64,000 nt of DNA from Chitinophaga pinensis (GCA_945871905.1 CAMBXL010000006.1:34033-98032); one strand, 5' to 3'; shown: positions 39,680 through 50,210, counted from the first letter of the stretch. Program-made: numbers and translations. The notes: a model not told the origin generated them from the sequence alone.

Positions 39680-40980
39680 AAAAATTAAGTATTTTCTTAT
39701 CTATATTGTTTTTAAACAGTTGTGCAAGTATAGGTTCACTAACTGGTGGGGATAAAGATGTAACAGCACCTCAGATATTAAAAACAAACTTAACTGAAAC
39801 AGAATTTAAAAATAAAAAAATATTGATTGTTTTTAATGAATATGTCGAACTTAATAATCAAACTGAAAATATTAAATTGTTTCCTAATCACAGTACACTT
39901 ACATGCAGATTAATTAAAAAAACATTAGAAATAGAATTTGATAGTGTTTTAAATAAAAATACAACTTATCAAATTTTGATTAATGAAGGAATTAGAGATG
40001 TTAATGAAGGAAATTTGTATACTGTAGAATTTTTATTTAGCACAGGAAAAGAAATAGATACATGTAAAGCAACATTCAAATATAATAATGATAAAAAGTT
40101 TAAAAATGTTGGTATTAATGTGTTTTCTAAAAAATTAGATTCTATTACATTTAATCATTTTGACTATCAGTATAAATTTAAAGAAAGTAAAATTGAATTA
40201 AAGGGTTTAAAAAAAAATGCGTCATATTATTATTTATTATACACAGACAATGACGCGGACAAAAGCTTTGATAAAAATACTGTTTACTCAATTGATACAT
40301 TTTCATGCTATAATAATGATATAAAAGTAAAGAATGAAATATTAATAGATACCAGTATTAAAATAAAAAGGTATAATAATTACACAAAACTTTTTAAAAC
40401 AGATTTAAACGCATTTTATAATAAAACCGATTCTATTTTATATTCGACGAAAGATTCTGCTTTAATTGGTCCAAAAACAGCTTTAAAAGACACATCTGTT
40501 ATAAATGAATTAAAAGATTTATTTAAAAATGGAATATCAATTATTGAAAATGGTTCTAAATATTCGTACTACATAAGACATTATAATACGAATTTAAAAA
40601 TATTAAATTTAAAAAATTACGAAACAAATTCAACTTTCAACTTTAATAAATCACATTCAAAAATTGATACATTTTATTTTAGTATTGATTCGTTAATTAT
40701 TAAAATTCCAAGCACTCAAATTGCAGAAATTAAGGAACCAAGTGAAATTAAATTTACTAATAAAAATGAGCTTGAATTATTTGTAATATTATACAAAGAA
40801 AATATAAATATTAAAACTTTTAATATAAAAGAAAAAGAATTTGAGATACCAATAATATCAGGAGAATACATCATTGAAGTTTTTAATAAAAACGCGATTA
40901 AAAACAAAGAAATTATCAGTCCAATAATATATAAAAAAATAAATTTAAAACCTAATTGGACAGAAGAAATTACACTATAA
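39676..40980 (+). CDS. Lipoprotein with bacterial Ig-like domain
   Basis: Lipobox LNSC, TGGDKDVTAP, FNEYV, IRDVNEGN, FSTG; usual mnmG neighbour in Bacteroidota. Confidence 0.8.
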   Translation: MKKLSIFLSILFLNSCASIGSLTGGDKDVTAPQILKTNLTETEFKNKKILIVFNEYVELNNQTENIKLFPNHSTLTCRLIKKTLEIEFDSVLNKNTTYQILINEGIRDVNEGNLYTVEFLFSTGKEIDTCKATFKYNNDKKFKNVGINVFSKKLDSITFNHFDYQYKFKESKIELKGLKKNASYYYLLYTDNDADKSFDKNTVYSIDTFSCYNNDIKVKNEILIDTSIKIKRYNNYTKLFKTDLNAFYNKTDSILYSTKDSALIGPKTALKDTSVINELKDLFKNGISIIENGSKYSYYIRHYNTNLKILNLKNYETNSTFNFNKSHSKIDTFYFSIDSLIIKIPSTQIAEIKEPSEIKFTNKNELELFVILYKENINIKTFNIKEKEFEIPIISGEYIIEVFNKNAIKNKEIISPIIYKKINLKPNWTEEITL

Positions 40981-41397
40981 AGTACTGTTATTTTTCAACA
41001 AAGTTAACAACACTCTATGGTGATTAATAATTATAAAATGAAAAAAGATTGAATGTAAAAAATTAAAAAGGATAAGTCAAATTTTGTGTGAATAAATATA
41101 GAATAAACTCTACAATATCCCCATTCTTAATATTTACATAATACTTTATTAACACAATTATTTAATTGTTAATACTTATGTTAAATAATTATAAAACAAT
41201 AATATACAAAACTAAAATTGGTGCATATTATAGCTAACAAATTATTAAAATATTGAAATCAAGTCAAATTAAAAAGAGTTATCACGATATTAACACTACT
41301 ATATTATTACAATATATTTTTAAAATAAATTATTAAGATTATTGAATAGTGAATAAGCGAAGATGGAGATTAAATATTTTAAATTACTTTTGTATCC
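40981..41397. other. Candidate replication origin (oriC)
   Basis: Very AT-rich 417-bp gap with DnaA-box-like 9-mers (TGTGAATAA 41087-41095, TTATTAACA 41146-41154, AGTGAATAA near 41348); near mnmG and parS. Confidence 0.55.
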
Positions 41398-42411
41398 ATG
41401 ATTGAAACAATCAAAAATATAGAAATTGAAGTTAATAATTTTGAAATTATTAATGAGCAATCATTAGAAAATTTTAGATTACAATTTCTGTCAAAAAAAG
41501 GAAAAATTTCAGAATTATTTGAAGTTTTTAAAACAGTAAGTGGAGAACAAAAAAAAGAAGTTGGAAAAACACTTAATGAATTAAGAATTTTAGCGGATGA
41601 AAAGTTTAATAGTTTTAAAGTAAATTTTCAATCAAGTCAAAATAAAAATTCACAAGAAATGGATTATTCATTACCTGTTAATGCTCTACAATTAGGAACT
41701 GAACATCCAATTAACAAAGTGAAAAATGAAATTATATCTATTTTTAAAACAATAGGTTTTTCTATCGCTTATGGGCCAGAAATTGAAGATGAATGGCATA
41801 ATTTTTCTTCGTTAAATTTCGCAGAAAATCATCCTGCAAGGGATATGCAAGACACTTTTTTTGTAGATAAAAATCCTCAAGGAAATTTTGCATTAAGAAC
41901 ACATACTAGTAGTGTTCAAATAAGACTAATGGAAAAAGAACCTGTGCCTATTCGTTCTTTGATGCCCGGGAGAGTTTATAGAAACGAAGCTGTTTCTGCT
42001 CGTTCTAACTGTTTTTTTCACCAAATAGAAGGTTTGTATATAGATGAAAATGTAAGTTTTGCGGATTTAAAACAAACATTGTATTATTTTGTGTCGCAAT
42101 TCTTTGGTGAAAGAGAAATAAGATTCCGTCCCTCCTATTTTCCATTTACTGAACCAAGTGCAGAAATGGATATATTTTTAGGAACAGAAACAGAACAAGA
42201 TTATAGACTAACAAAAGGAACAGGTTGGTTAGAAATTTTAGGATGTGGTATGGTTGATCCTAATGTTCTTATTAATTGTAATATCGATCCCGAAAAATAT
42301 ACAGGATTTGCTTTTGGAATGGGGATTGACAGAATTACAATGTTAAAATATGGAATTAAAGACATCCGTCAATTATTTGAAAATGATATTAGATTTTTAA
42401 AGCAATTTTAA
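41398..42411 (+). CDS. pheS: Phenylalanyl-tRNA synthetase alpha subunit
   Basis: HPARDMQDTF, LRTHTSSVQ, FRPSYFPFTEPSAE, GFAFGMG. Confidence 0.98.
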   Translation: MIETIKNIEIEVNNFEIINEQSLENFRLQFLSKKGKISELFEVFKTVSGEQKKEVGKTLNELRILADEKFNSFKVNFQSSQNKNSQEMDYSLPVNALQLGTEHPINKVKNEIISIFKTIGFSIAYGPEIEDEWHNFSSLNFAENHPARDMQDTFFVDKNPQGNFALRTHTSSVQIRLMEKEPVPIRSLMPGRVYRNEAVSARSNCFFHQIEGLYIDENVSFADLKQTLYYFVSQFFGEREIRFRPSYFPFTEPSAEMDIFLGTETEQDYRLTKGTGWLEILGCGMVDPNVLINCNIDPEKYTGFAFGMGIDRITMLKYGIKDIRQLFENDIRFLKQF

Positions 42412-42412
42412 T

Positions 42413-42787
42413 ATGGATAATGAGTTGTATTTGAAACAAATGTTAAATCTATTAACTTTAGATTTAAATCTTTTTAAAGAATCAATAAAGGAAGTAAGTA
42501 GAGATGTTATTAATGAGGGTTTTAGTAAATATCCTTTATTTGTAGCTCATCAAAGTGAAGTTAAAGTTGGTGAAGTAATACTTGATAAAGAAGAATTAGG
42601 CACCCATTTTACAATTCAAGCCAGTACAATGGAAGAATTTGTAGAAAAGAAGATTATATTACTGAAAAACGTAGAAAAATTTAAAGTTACTTACAAAAAT
42701 CCCGAAACGCATTGTTGTATATTCTTAATAACAGCCAATAGTGCTCAGTTTGTATTTGTACCATTTGAAAATAAAATAAGCGAATGA
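42413..42787 (+). CDS. Hypothetical protein
   Basis: ORF tightly packed in the pheS operon; SKYPLFVAH ... YKNP. Confidence 0.7.
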   Translation: MDNELYLKQMLNLLTLDLNLFKESIKEVSRDVINEGFSKYPLFVAHQSEVKVGEVILDKEELGTHFTIQASTMEEFVEKKIILLKNVEKFKVTYKNPETHCCIFLITANSAQFVFVPFENKISE

Positions 42788-43800
42788 ACCCAAGTGTAGC
42801 GGTCGTAATTTTAAACTTTAATACTAAATATTTTTTAGAAAATTTTTTAAAAAGTGTTGTAAACTCTAGCTACTCTAATTTTCAAGTTTATGTTGCAGAT
42901 AATGCTTCTACTGATGACTCAGTTAAATTTATAATAGACCAATACCCACAAATAAAATTGATATTTTTGGAAAAAAACTACGGTTTTACAGGAGGTTATA
43001 ACAGAGCTTTAAAGCAAATAAATTCCGACTATTATATATTATTAAACAGTGATGTTGAAGTAAAATCTGATTGGATAGAACCTATGGTTGAATTAGCAGA
43101 AAAAACGCCAAATATCGGCGCTATTCAACCCAAAATATTGGATTATAAAAATCCTTCGAAATTTGAATATGCTGGAGCAAGTGGAGGCTACATAGATAAA
43201 TATGGCTTCCCTTTTTGTAGAGGCAGAATATTTGAATCTTTAGAAGATGATTTAAACCAATACGATGATGAAAAGGAGATTTTTTGGGCAAGTGGAGCTT
43301 CTATGTTCGTTAAGGCTGATTTATATCACAAATTAGGGGGTTTAGATGAAGATTTTTTTGCGCACATGGAAGAGATAGATTTTTGTTGGCGCTTACACCA
43401 TCAAGGCTATAAGGTCATGATTTGCCCAAAAAGTGTTGTTTATCATGTAGGTGGAGGAACATTACAAAAAAGCAATCCTAAAAAAACGTATTATAATTTT
43501 AGAAATGGCTTAATATTATTAATTAAAAATTTACCATCTAATAAATTAGTTCCAATCTTATTTATGCGACTTTTGTTGGATCACATAGCTGCGTATAGAT
43601 GGTTGTTTCAAGGAAAGTATGGGGATTTTTTTGCAGTTGCAAAAGCACACAGACATTTTGTATTTCGCTTAAGCTATTGGTTTAAAAAAAGAGATGAAAC
43701 CAATAAAGAAGTTTATCATTCATTATTGGTTTATAAAAAAAGTATTGCACTTAGTCATTACTTAAGTAAAATAAATAAATACAAAGAACTGAACCCTTGA
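42784..43800 (+). CDS. GT2 glycosyltransferase (rhamnosyltransferase-like)
   Basis: DNASTDDS, NYGFTGGYN, LNSDVE, WASGA, HMEEIDFCWR. Confidence 0.92.
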   Translation: MNPSVAVVILNFNTKYFLENFLKSVVNSSYSNFQVYVADNASTDDSVKFIIDQYPQIKLIFLEKNYGFTGGYNRALKQINSDYYILLNSDVEVKSDWIEPMVELAEKTPNIGAIQPKILDYKNPSKFEYAGASGGYIDKYGFPFCRGRIFESLEDDLNQYDDEKEIFWASGASMFVKADLYHKLGGLDEDFFAHMEEIDFCWRLHHQGYKVMICPKSVVYHVGGGTLQKSNPKKTYYNFRNGLILLIKNLPSNKLVPILFMRLLLDHIAAYRWLFQGKYGDFFAVAKAHRHFVFRLSYWFKKRDETNKEVYHSLLVYKKSIALSHYLSKINKYKELNP

Positions 43801-44474
43801 AAATAGTTGTTTTATCAGGTGCAGGAATGAGTGCCGAAAGCGGCATTAAGACATTTAGAGACCATGACGGCCTTTGGGAAAATCACCGTATAGAAGATGT
43901 TGCAACGCCACAAGCATGGCATAAAAATCCTGAATTAGTAACCCAATTTTACAACCAAAGAAGAGTTCAGCTAGCGGATGTATTGCCCAATGAAGGACAT
44001 TATGCACTTAAAGAGTTAGAACAAAAACATGAAGTTGTTGTAATAACCCAAAATGTTGATGATTTGCACGAAAGGGCAGGTAGCTCAAACATTATTCATT
44101 TACATGGCGAACTTACCAAAATGAGGAACAACTTCAATGAAGTCTTCCATGTGGGATATAAACCGGTAAATTATGGCGAAAAATGCCCAAAAGGATTGAT
44201 TTTAAGACCACATATTGTGTGGTTTGGAGAAGAGGTGCCATTAATAAATAAAGCGGCGGAAATTACGAGAACAGCAGATTTATTGATAGTTATAGGAACC
44301 TCATTGGAGGTATATCCAGCAGCCGGTTTAGTTAATGAAGTGAATAAATCAACCGAAATAGTGCTTATAAATCCTCAAAAAACTAATATTTCCACGCCTT
44401 ACAAAAATAAGTTTGTACAAATTTTAGGTACTTCTGCAAAAAATTTGCCCTCATTTGTAAAAAACTTAATTTAG
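43797..44474 (+). CDS. cobB: Sir2-family NAD-dependent deacylase
   Basis: SGAGMSAESGIKTFR, TQNVDDLHERAG, LHG, RPHIVWFGE, GTSLEVYPAA. Confidence 0.93.
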   Translation: MKIVVLSGAGMSAESGIKTFRDHDGLWENHRIEDVATPQAWHKNPELVTQFYNQRRVQLADVLPNEGHYALKELEQKHEVVVITQNVDDLHERAGSSNIIHLHGELTKMRNNFNEVFHVGYKPVNYGEKCPKGLILRPHIVWFGEEVPLINKAAEITRTADLLIVIGTSLEVYPAAGLVNEVNKSTEIVLINPQKTNISTPYKNKFVQILGTSAKNLPSFVKNLI

Positions 44475-44540
44475 TAAATAGATTAATTTGTACTATAAAA
44501 TAGTAATTTTTGATATATTTGAAAAATTATTTATTTTATC

Positions 44541-45086
44541 ATGAACACAAAAATTGTATTTACCGCAATTGTATTAGTTTTATTTTCTAGTTGTCAACAA
44601 AGATTAAGTATCAGTAAAAAATACCATTCTTTTGGATGGAACATTGCACTTGAATCGAAACAAGAAAAAATGGAAAAAAGTGCTAAACCTCCTAAACGCA
44701 AGAAAAAAGAAACAACCGATTCGGAATCACTAACTCAAAAACAAGATGTTGTGGAAGAAAATTGGATTTTTTCTGCTGTTAAAAACAACCAAGAATTAGA
44801 GCTTTTCGAGCAACTTAAAATTAACAAATCATTCGATGTATTAAAAACAAAAGAAGTTTCTTCAGTTACAAATTTTGAATCAAAAAAGGCGCCTCAATTC
44901 CTCAAAAATCAACTAATAAAAAAAGCACAAAAACAAGGTATAAAAGAAACGAATGAAAGTGGTGCTTTAAAAACCTTAGGTTGGATCTTAATTATTTTAG
45001 GTTTGATTTTTATCCTGATAATTAGCATATTATTAGGTTTTATGCTATGTTTGTTGGGTTTGTTGTTTATTTTGGTAGGGAAGTAA
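44541..45086 (+). CDS. Hypothetical lipoprotein with C-terminal hydrophobic hairpin
   Basis: Lipobox FSSC; two C-terminal TM segments. Confidence 0.65.
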   Translation: MNTKIVFTAIVLVLFSSCQQRLSISKKYHSFGWNIALESKQEKMEKSAKPPKRKKKETTDSESLTQKQDVVEENWIFSAVKNNQELELFEQLKINKSFDVLKTKEVSSVTNFESKKAPQFLKNQLIKKAQKQGIKETNESGALKTLGWILIILGLIFILIISILLGFMLCLLGLLFILVGK

Positions 45087-45144
45087 TAATAAATAAAAAC
45101 CTTTCAAATCTCTGAGACCTGTTTTAACTTTGATTTCTTAATTT

Positions 45145-46407
45145 ATGAAATCAAATCAACCGCTAGCAGAGAGGGTACGACCTAAAAATATTAGCGAATT
45201 TATTGGTCAATCGCATCTTTTGGGTGAAGGCGGGCCTATAAGAAAATTTTTAGAACACGGACAACTTCCAAGTCTTTTATTTTGGGGGCCTCCGGGCGTT
45301 GGCAAAACCACCTTAGCTAAATTAATAGGAGAGCATCTTTCATTGCCTTTTGTACAGTTGAGCGCCATTAATGCAGGCGTTTCGGACATAAGAAAAATCA
45401 TTAGTGATGCCAAAATTAGTGGCAAAATTTTATTGTTTTTGGATGAAATTCATAGGTTTAATAAAAGCCAGCAAGACGCACTTTTGGGAGCGGTAGAAAA
45501 TGGCAACATAATATTAATTGGCGCAACCACAGAAAACCCATCTTTTGAGGTTAATCATGCCCTACTTTCAAGATGTCAGGTTTATGTGTTAAATGAATTA
45601 AGCAAGGAGGACTTGCTACAAATGATGCAGAATGCCCTTAAAACTGACGAAATTTTAAAAAACAAAGAGATTGATCTACAAGAAACGTCTGCACTTTTGC
45701 AGTACAGTGGCGGTGATGGTAGAAAGCTATTAAACAGTTTGGAAATGGTGTGCATGCAAGACGGGTCACCATTACTTATAACAGATGAAAAAGTTAAGGA
45801 AGTAATGCAAACTAAACAAATAGTGTATGACAAGGCAGGGGAGGAGCACTACAACATTATATCAGCCTTTATAAAAAGCATGCGAGGTAGCGATCCTAAT
45901 GCTGCTGTTTATTACTTGGCAAGAATGATAGAGGGAGGAGAAAATGCAGAATTTATTGCACGAAGAATGATTATATTGGCATCGGAAGATATTGGAAATG
46001 CCAATCCCAATGCTCTCGTATTATCCACAAGTACCTTACAAGCTCTGCAAACCATTGGAATGCCCGAAGGAAGAATTTTATTGTCACAATGTGCTATTTA
46101 TTTGGCTACTAGTCCTAAAAGCAATGCTTCCTATTTGGCTATAAATATGGCATTAGAGGCGGTAAAGAAAACGGGCGCACTTGGTGTGCCAAACCATTTG
46201 AGAAATGCACCTACTAGACTAATGAATGACTTAAATTATGGTAAAGATTATTTGTATGCGCATCAATTTGAAGATAATTTTATAGAACAAGAGTTTTTGC
46301 CACAAGAAATTAAAGGCACTGTGTACTATGAACCGGGAAATAACGCAAAGGAAAACGAATTAAGGTCATTTTTAAAGAAACGCTGGAAAGAAAAATATGG
46401 GTATTGA
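45145..46407 (+). CDS. rarA: Replication-associated recombination protein A (MgsA/RarA)
   Basis: PLAERVRP, GPPGVGKTT, DEIHRFNK, ATTENPSF, ISAFIKSMRGSDP. Confidence 0.96.
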   Translation: MKSNQPLAERVRPKNISEFIGQSHLLGEGGPIRKFLEHGQLPSLLFWGPPGVGKTTLAKLIGEHLSLPFVQLSAINAGVSDIRKIISDAKISGKILLFLDEIHRFNKSQQDALLGAVENGNIILIGATTENPSFEVNHALLSRCQVYVLNELSKEDLLQMMQNALKTDEILKNKEIDLQETSALLQYSGGDGRKLLNSLEMVCMQDGSPLLITDEKVKEVMQTKQIVYDKAGEEHYNIISAFIKSMRGSDPNAAVYYLARMIEGGENAEFIARRMIILASEDIGNANPNALVLSTSTLQALQTIGMPEGRILLSQCAIYLATSPKSNASYLAINMALEAVKKTGALGVPNHLRNAPTRLMNDLNYGKDYLYAHQFEDNFIEQEFLPQEIKGTVYYEPGNNAKENELRSFLKKRWKEKYGY

Positions 46408-46420
46408 TGAATCCATAATT

Positions 46421-46495
46421 GTAGGGGCAGAAAATATTCTGCCACTACAATTATGGGGTATTTGTTCATTGGGCAGAATATTTTCGTCCCCCTAC
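46421..46495. repeat. Inverted pair of GTAG-family REP sequences (REPIN-like)
   Basis: GTAGGGGCAGAAAATATTCTGCCACTAC (46421-46448) and inverted GGGCAGAATATTTTCGTCCCCCTAC (46471-46495). Confidence 0.85.
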
Positions 46496-46518
46496 GAATA
46501 ATCCAAACAATTAATGGT

Positions 46519-47040
46519 TTATTTATAAAATTTATCATCCTGTCATTTTTGGGGATTATTAACAATGTATGATGATATATTGTGATATGAAATTTGATTT
46601 TTAATAATGTGTTCGTAATAATTGCGCTGCCAAACTGTTATAATATCTGAATTTTTTCTTGCCCATTTTGTAACACCTATTTTGAATCCTTTAACCATAG
46701 AACCAATAGAATTTGGAATCATTTTTTGAAATTTATTTACATGACTTGTTTCTGATTTCACGCCATCCAAGTTTATCAATTCAATAATTCCATGAATATG
46801 ATTGGGCATAATGATAAATTCATGTAAAATGGCGTTTGGAAAATGATCTGGAATTTCTAGCCAGCATTCTTTCGCTGAGTTTCCTAAATTGTTCAATGTT
46901 ATATCGCCATTAATAATTTCACCGAAAATACACATTCTATCATTGCAGCAAATTGTAATAAAATATAATCCTGATTTTGAATAATCATAGTCTTTTAGTC
47001 TAATTGATTTTCTATGATGTATGAATGGATTGAATGTCAT
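46519..47040 (-). mobile_element. REP-associated tyrosine (Y1 HUH) transposase, RAYT; in-frame TGA at 46543-46545 truncates the last 8 codons
   Basis: HHRKSIRLKDYDYS..G.YFITIC, IMPNHIHGII (HUH), WQRNYYEHII, YIVNNP; read-through gives NPQK*QDDKFYK. Confidence 0.88.
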
Positions 47041-47632
47041 TTTTTAAAAGTGCCCCTAATGCAAATTTAAATATTTAGAATAGAAACCAACACATTGTAA
47101 TACACAAATATTAATTTAGTTAAATCAACAACTTTAATTTAATTTTTCAAGTGTATTTTATCTTGTGACTGTGAAATGACAGGGAGTTTAGATTATTATC
47201 ATAATGCTATGTTGTTGGTCAATAGACTCAACAACGTTTGTCGTTTTACTATATGGTTTTTACAATATTTATCCTTCGAATACACCTGTTTAGTCCGCTT
47301 CAGTTTTGGCACGAAGTCTATGTGAATTTCCAATTCTTAAGCGTTTTAAAAATCCTGATAAAAAACACAAAGCATTAATTTTGAGATATTTAAAGATAAT
47401 ATTGGTATTAAACAACCACTCAAAAATTGGTATTATGATATCATTTTTAAGCGTTTTTTTTAATCTTTATTTGTAGTGTTCAATAAAGAAAGATTTACTT
47501 AATTAATCTAAATCGATTGAATAAGAATTTTAATTAACCCAGTTAAAATGGGTTAATTCTAAACTTTAAACTTGTGGTGAACTAGTAGTTGACTAGTTAT
47601 ATTTATTCTATTATTTATTTTTCCTTGAACTC

Positions 47633-47662
47633 AAAAAAAGCCTTTACTAAAAGGCTTTTTTT
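47633..47662. terminator. Bidirectional-type intrinsic terminator
   Basis: AAAAAAAGCCTTT-ACT-AAAAGGCTTTTTTT next to the stop of 47665-49707. Confidence 0.8.
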
Positions 47663-47664
47663 AT

Positions 47665-49707
47665 TTAAAGTTCGTTGTAAGCTTTGATAAATTTAGCGCC
47701 TAGATTCTTGTATGGAGGAATGTAGTCTTTGAACTGAGCATTGTTTTGAAGTTTAACCCCAATCTGTTTCCATATATCTAACCAAACCAAATCTTTGCCC
47801 AAACGAATGGTTTCTGTAATTTCTTGAATAAGTGTGCTGTTTACTACCAATGTACCTACTTGTTTGGTGCTCACTATTTGAACATCCATGGCATTGTCCA
47901 TTGCTTTACTTATATTTTGATAACCACCACAACTCCCTAAAATAGCCACTTTATTACTGTGATTCATGTTTTCTAGCGTGTTTTCTATGTAATAACTGTG
48001 TCCACGGTGTACTATCAAATCGGGAAATCTACCGGTTTCTTCAAATAGCTTTTTTAAGTCTTCTCTGCCCTCAATTTCTGAATGAGGTTTGTTGGCATAA
48101 ATGAGCATTTTTTTGCCACTTATACTACTCAATAAAACATAATTACCCTTGTCTTCTTTTTTGTATAAACTTACAGGATACAATCCCAACCAATGGTTGA
48201 ATGCTGTTTCGCCATCTTCGTCATCAAAAAAGAAATGTTGCTGAATATGGATGTCGTTCTTAAATAAATCAATGCCATAAACACGGTCTAAAGCAGGAAT
48301 GTTAAACACATAATTTGAGGTGTATTCATTAGGGTCGCCTCCCGTTAATTTAAACAGTAATCCATAAATTTTAGTACCGTGTTCATTTTGATCTTGAATA
48401 CATTTTCTAAGTTCCCTTTTTATAGTTTTAACAAATATTCCTTTAACTTTTTCGTTTTCTAAACTGCCATAAGTGTCTGCTACATCCACTGCCGGACCTA
48501 AGTCGCCGCCATATTGGTATAAACCGGAAACAAACATGGTAATTAATGCATTTTGTTGACTGTCATTCATCGTCAATAAAAAGTCATCTATTTTGTTGTA
48601 ACCCGCGCATTGTTTTAAAAAAACCCTGAATTTATTGAAATTAAGCTGTTCTAAAAATGCATACCCCGAAGGCTCTTTTCGTTTTTCATTAAGTCGTTTA
48701 TACATTCCTAAAAATGAAGACGTAAATACCTCTTCTGCAGAATAAACAATGGAAGTGTATATTTCATAAGCATTGTCATTGTTGATGGGCGCAAATCGGA
48801 AAGGTTCTGTATCTTCGTGTCTAAGGTTAATTTCTACTACCCTAGACATGGCAATTGTTTCTATCTCTTTGTCAACAGTATAAGAAGCTAAAATGGATTT
48901 GTTTTTACGTAAATCAATCAGTGTTTTATAAAACAGAGCTTCATTCTTTGTAATATTTTCAGCTTGTTGAAAGCTTAGTTTCTTTCGCCATATCAAATCA
49001 ATCAAAGCATACGATTTAGATTGAACACCATACATTTGGTATAGTTGAATAATGAGCTGAATAACAGAATCACGGTTCGACTTTAAACTTCTTTCTATCA
49101 AATGATTACTTCCCAAATATTGTTTAATTGAGGCAGGGTCAATTTTTGCTAAATTTGTAATAACCTCACTGCCAAGTGGAGTAAATGCCAAGTTTTTAAA
49201 CTTATTTAAAACCTCAAAAGGATAAAAATTGGCAGCATAAGTCCAATAATTTTTGGCATATGGTTTTAAGTTAATAATATCGGCAATAATTAAGCTTGAT
49301 TTGACATCGTTTTTAAGCATTTCAAGCTCTTTTTCTTGGTTGTTTAATTGATACAGTTTTTGCGCCAATTTAAAGGCTTTTAAATATTGACTTATATGCG
49401 GAATGTCTTGTCTTTGAATTCTTTTTACAGTTTCAAATAATGCCCTAGCATTTCCATCAACCGATTTGGCATCCAGTTTTAAAATAGTAGTTTGCAGCTC
49501 ATCAACAAGGGTTATGTATACCAAAAAAGACAAGTTGTTTTGTTGCTGATTGCCAATATTTACCGCACTGTCTAAGTCGCCATCGTAAATATCTATGCGG
49601 TTTTGTTCATAGTCTATTTGCTTATTCCAATCTACTTTTTGAGCATAGGAAAACTGACTTATGATAAGTAGAAAGGTTGTGGTTATTGTTAGTTTAATAG
49701 TTCCCAT
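47665..49707 (-). CDS. Large exported hypothetical protein with C-terminal His/Cys motif domain
   Basis: Signal peptide ending SYAQ; IVHRGHSY, ILGSCGGY, IVSTKQVG. Confidence 0.75.
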   Translation of the reverse strand: MGTIKLTITTTFLLIISQFSYAQKVDWNKQIDYEQNRIDIYDGDLDSAVNIGNQQQNNLSFLVYITLVDELQTTILKLDAKSVDGNARALFETVKRIQRQDIPHISQYLKAFKLAQKLYQLNNQEKELEMLKNDVKSSLIIADIINLKPYAKNYWTYAANFYPFEVLNKFKNLAFTPLGSEVITNLAKIDPASIKQYLGSNHLIERSLKSNRDSVIQLIIQLYQMYGVQSKSYALIDLIWRKKLSFQQAENITKNEALFYKTLIDLRKNKSILASYTVDKEIETIAMSRVVEINLRHEDTEPFRFAPINNDNAYEIYTSIVYSAEEVFTSSFLGMYKRLNEKRKEPSGYAFLEQLNFNKFRVFLKQCAGYNKIDDFLLTMNDSQQNALITMFVSGLYQYGGDLGPAVDVADTYGSLENEKVKGIFVKTIKRELRKCIQDQNEHGTKIYGLLFKLTGGDPNEYTSNYVFNIPALDRVYGIDLFKNDIHIQQHFFFDDEDGETAFNHWLGLYPVSLYKKEDKGNYVLLSSISGKKMLIYANKPHSEIEGREDLKKLFEETGRFPDLIVHRGHSYYIENTLENMNHSNKVAILGSCGGYQNISKAMDNAMDVQIVSTKQVGTLVVNSTLIQEITETIRLGKDLVWLDIWKQIGVKLQNNAQFKDYIPPYKNLGAKFIKAYNEL

Positions 49708-50210
49708 AATATGATGCCTGCACATACTGATACATTGAATGAATGTTTGGTTCCAAATTGAGGAATTTCAATACATGTTTCGCAATATTTTAATACATTT
49801 TCATTGACTCCTTCTACTTCATTCCCAAATATGATGCCGTATTTTTTATTAGGGTCTAATTGGAAAGTTCCCAAAGGGGTACTTTCTGCGACTTGTTCCA
49901 CTGCCAATAAGGTAAATCCCTCACTAATCAGTTGTTTGCAAAGTTCCTCTGTACTTGAATGATAATGCCAATTGACACTGTCTTCGGCGCCTAAAGCGGT
50001 TTTGTGTATTTCGCGATGTGGAGGGGTAGCCGTAATACCACACAGATAAAGTGTGTCAATCCCAAAACCATCACAAGTTCTAAAAATACTACCCACATTA
50101 TTCATGCTTCTAACTTCGTCTAAAATAACACAAACAGAGTTGTTATTAGAACGTTTAAAGGTTTCAATATCTACTCTGTTTAATTCGTCTAATTTTAGTT
50201 TTTTAAACAT
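49689..50210 (-). CDS. TrmH/SpoU-family RNA methyltransferase
   Basis: VRSMNNVGSIFRT, KTALGAE, FGNEVEGV, IPQFGTKHSFNVSV. Confidence 0.93.
   Translation of the reverse strand: MFKKLKLDELNRVDIETFKRSNNNSVCVILDEVRSMNNVGSIFRTCDGFGIDTLYLCGITATPPHREIHKTALGAEDSVNWHYHSSTEELCKQLISEGFTLLAVEQVAESTPLGTFQLDPNKKYGIIFGNEVEGVNENVLKYCETCIEIPQFGTKHSFNVSVCAGIILWELLN

Noticed and set aside
41398-42411. pheS without adjacent pheT
   Set aside because: Separation of pheS and pheT is ordinary in Bacteroidota
43797-44474. Sirtuin lacking the four-Cys zinc site; possible Sir2 defence effector
   Set aside because: The motifs are those of housekeeping CobB, Cys-poor variants are common in this phylum, and the context is a housekeeping operon
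46543-46545. TGA-to-Trp genetic code reassignment
   Set aside because: Conserved genes here (rarA, mnmG) end normally at TGA and use TGG for Trp; a single nonsense change is simpler
47070-47630. Possible ncRNA or riboswitch in the 560-bp gap upstream of the RAYT
   Set aside because: Only isolated short hairpins are visible and I recognise no Rfam-type motif; an Infernal scan would be needed
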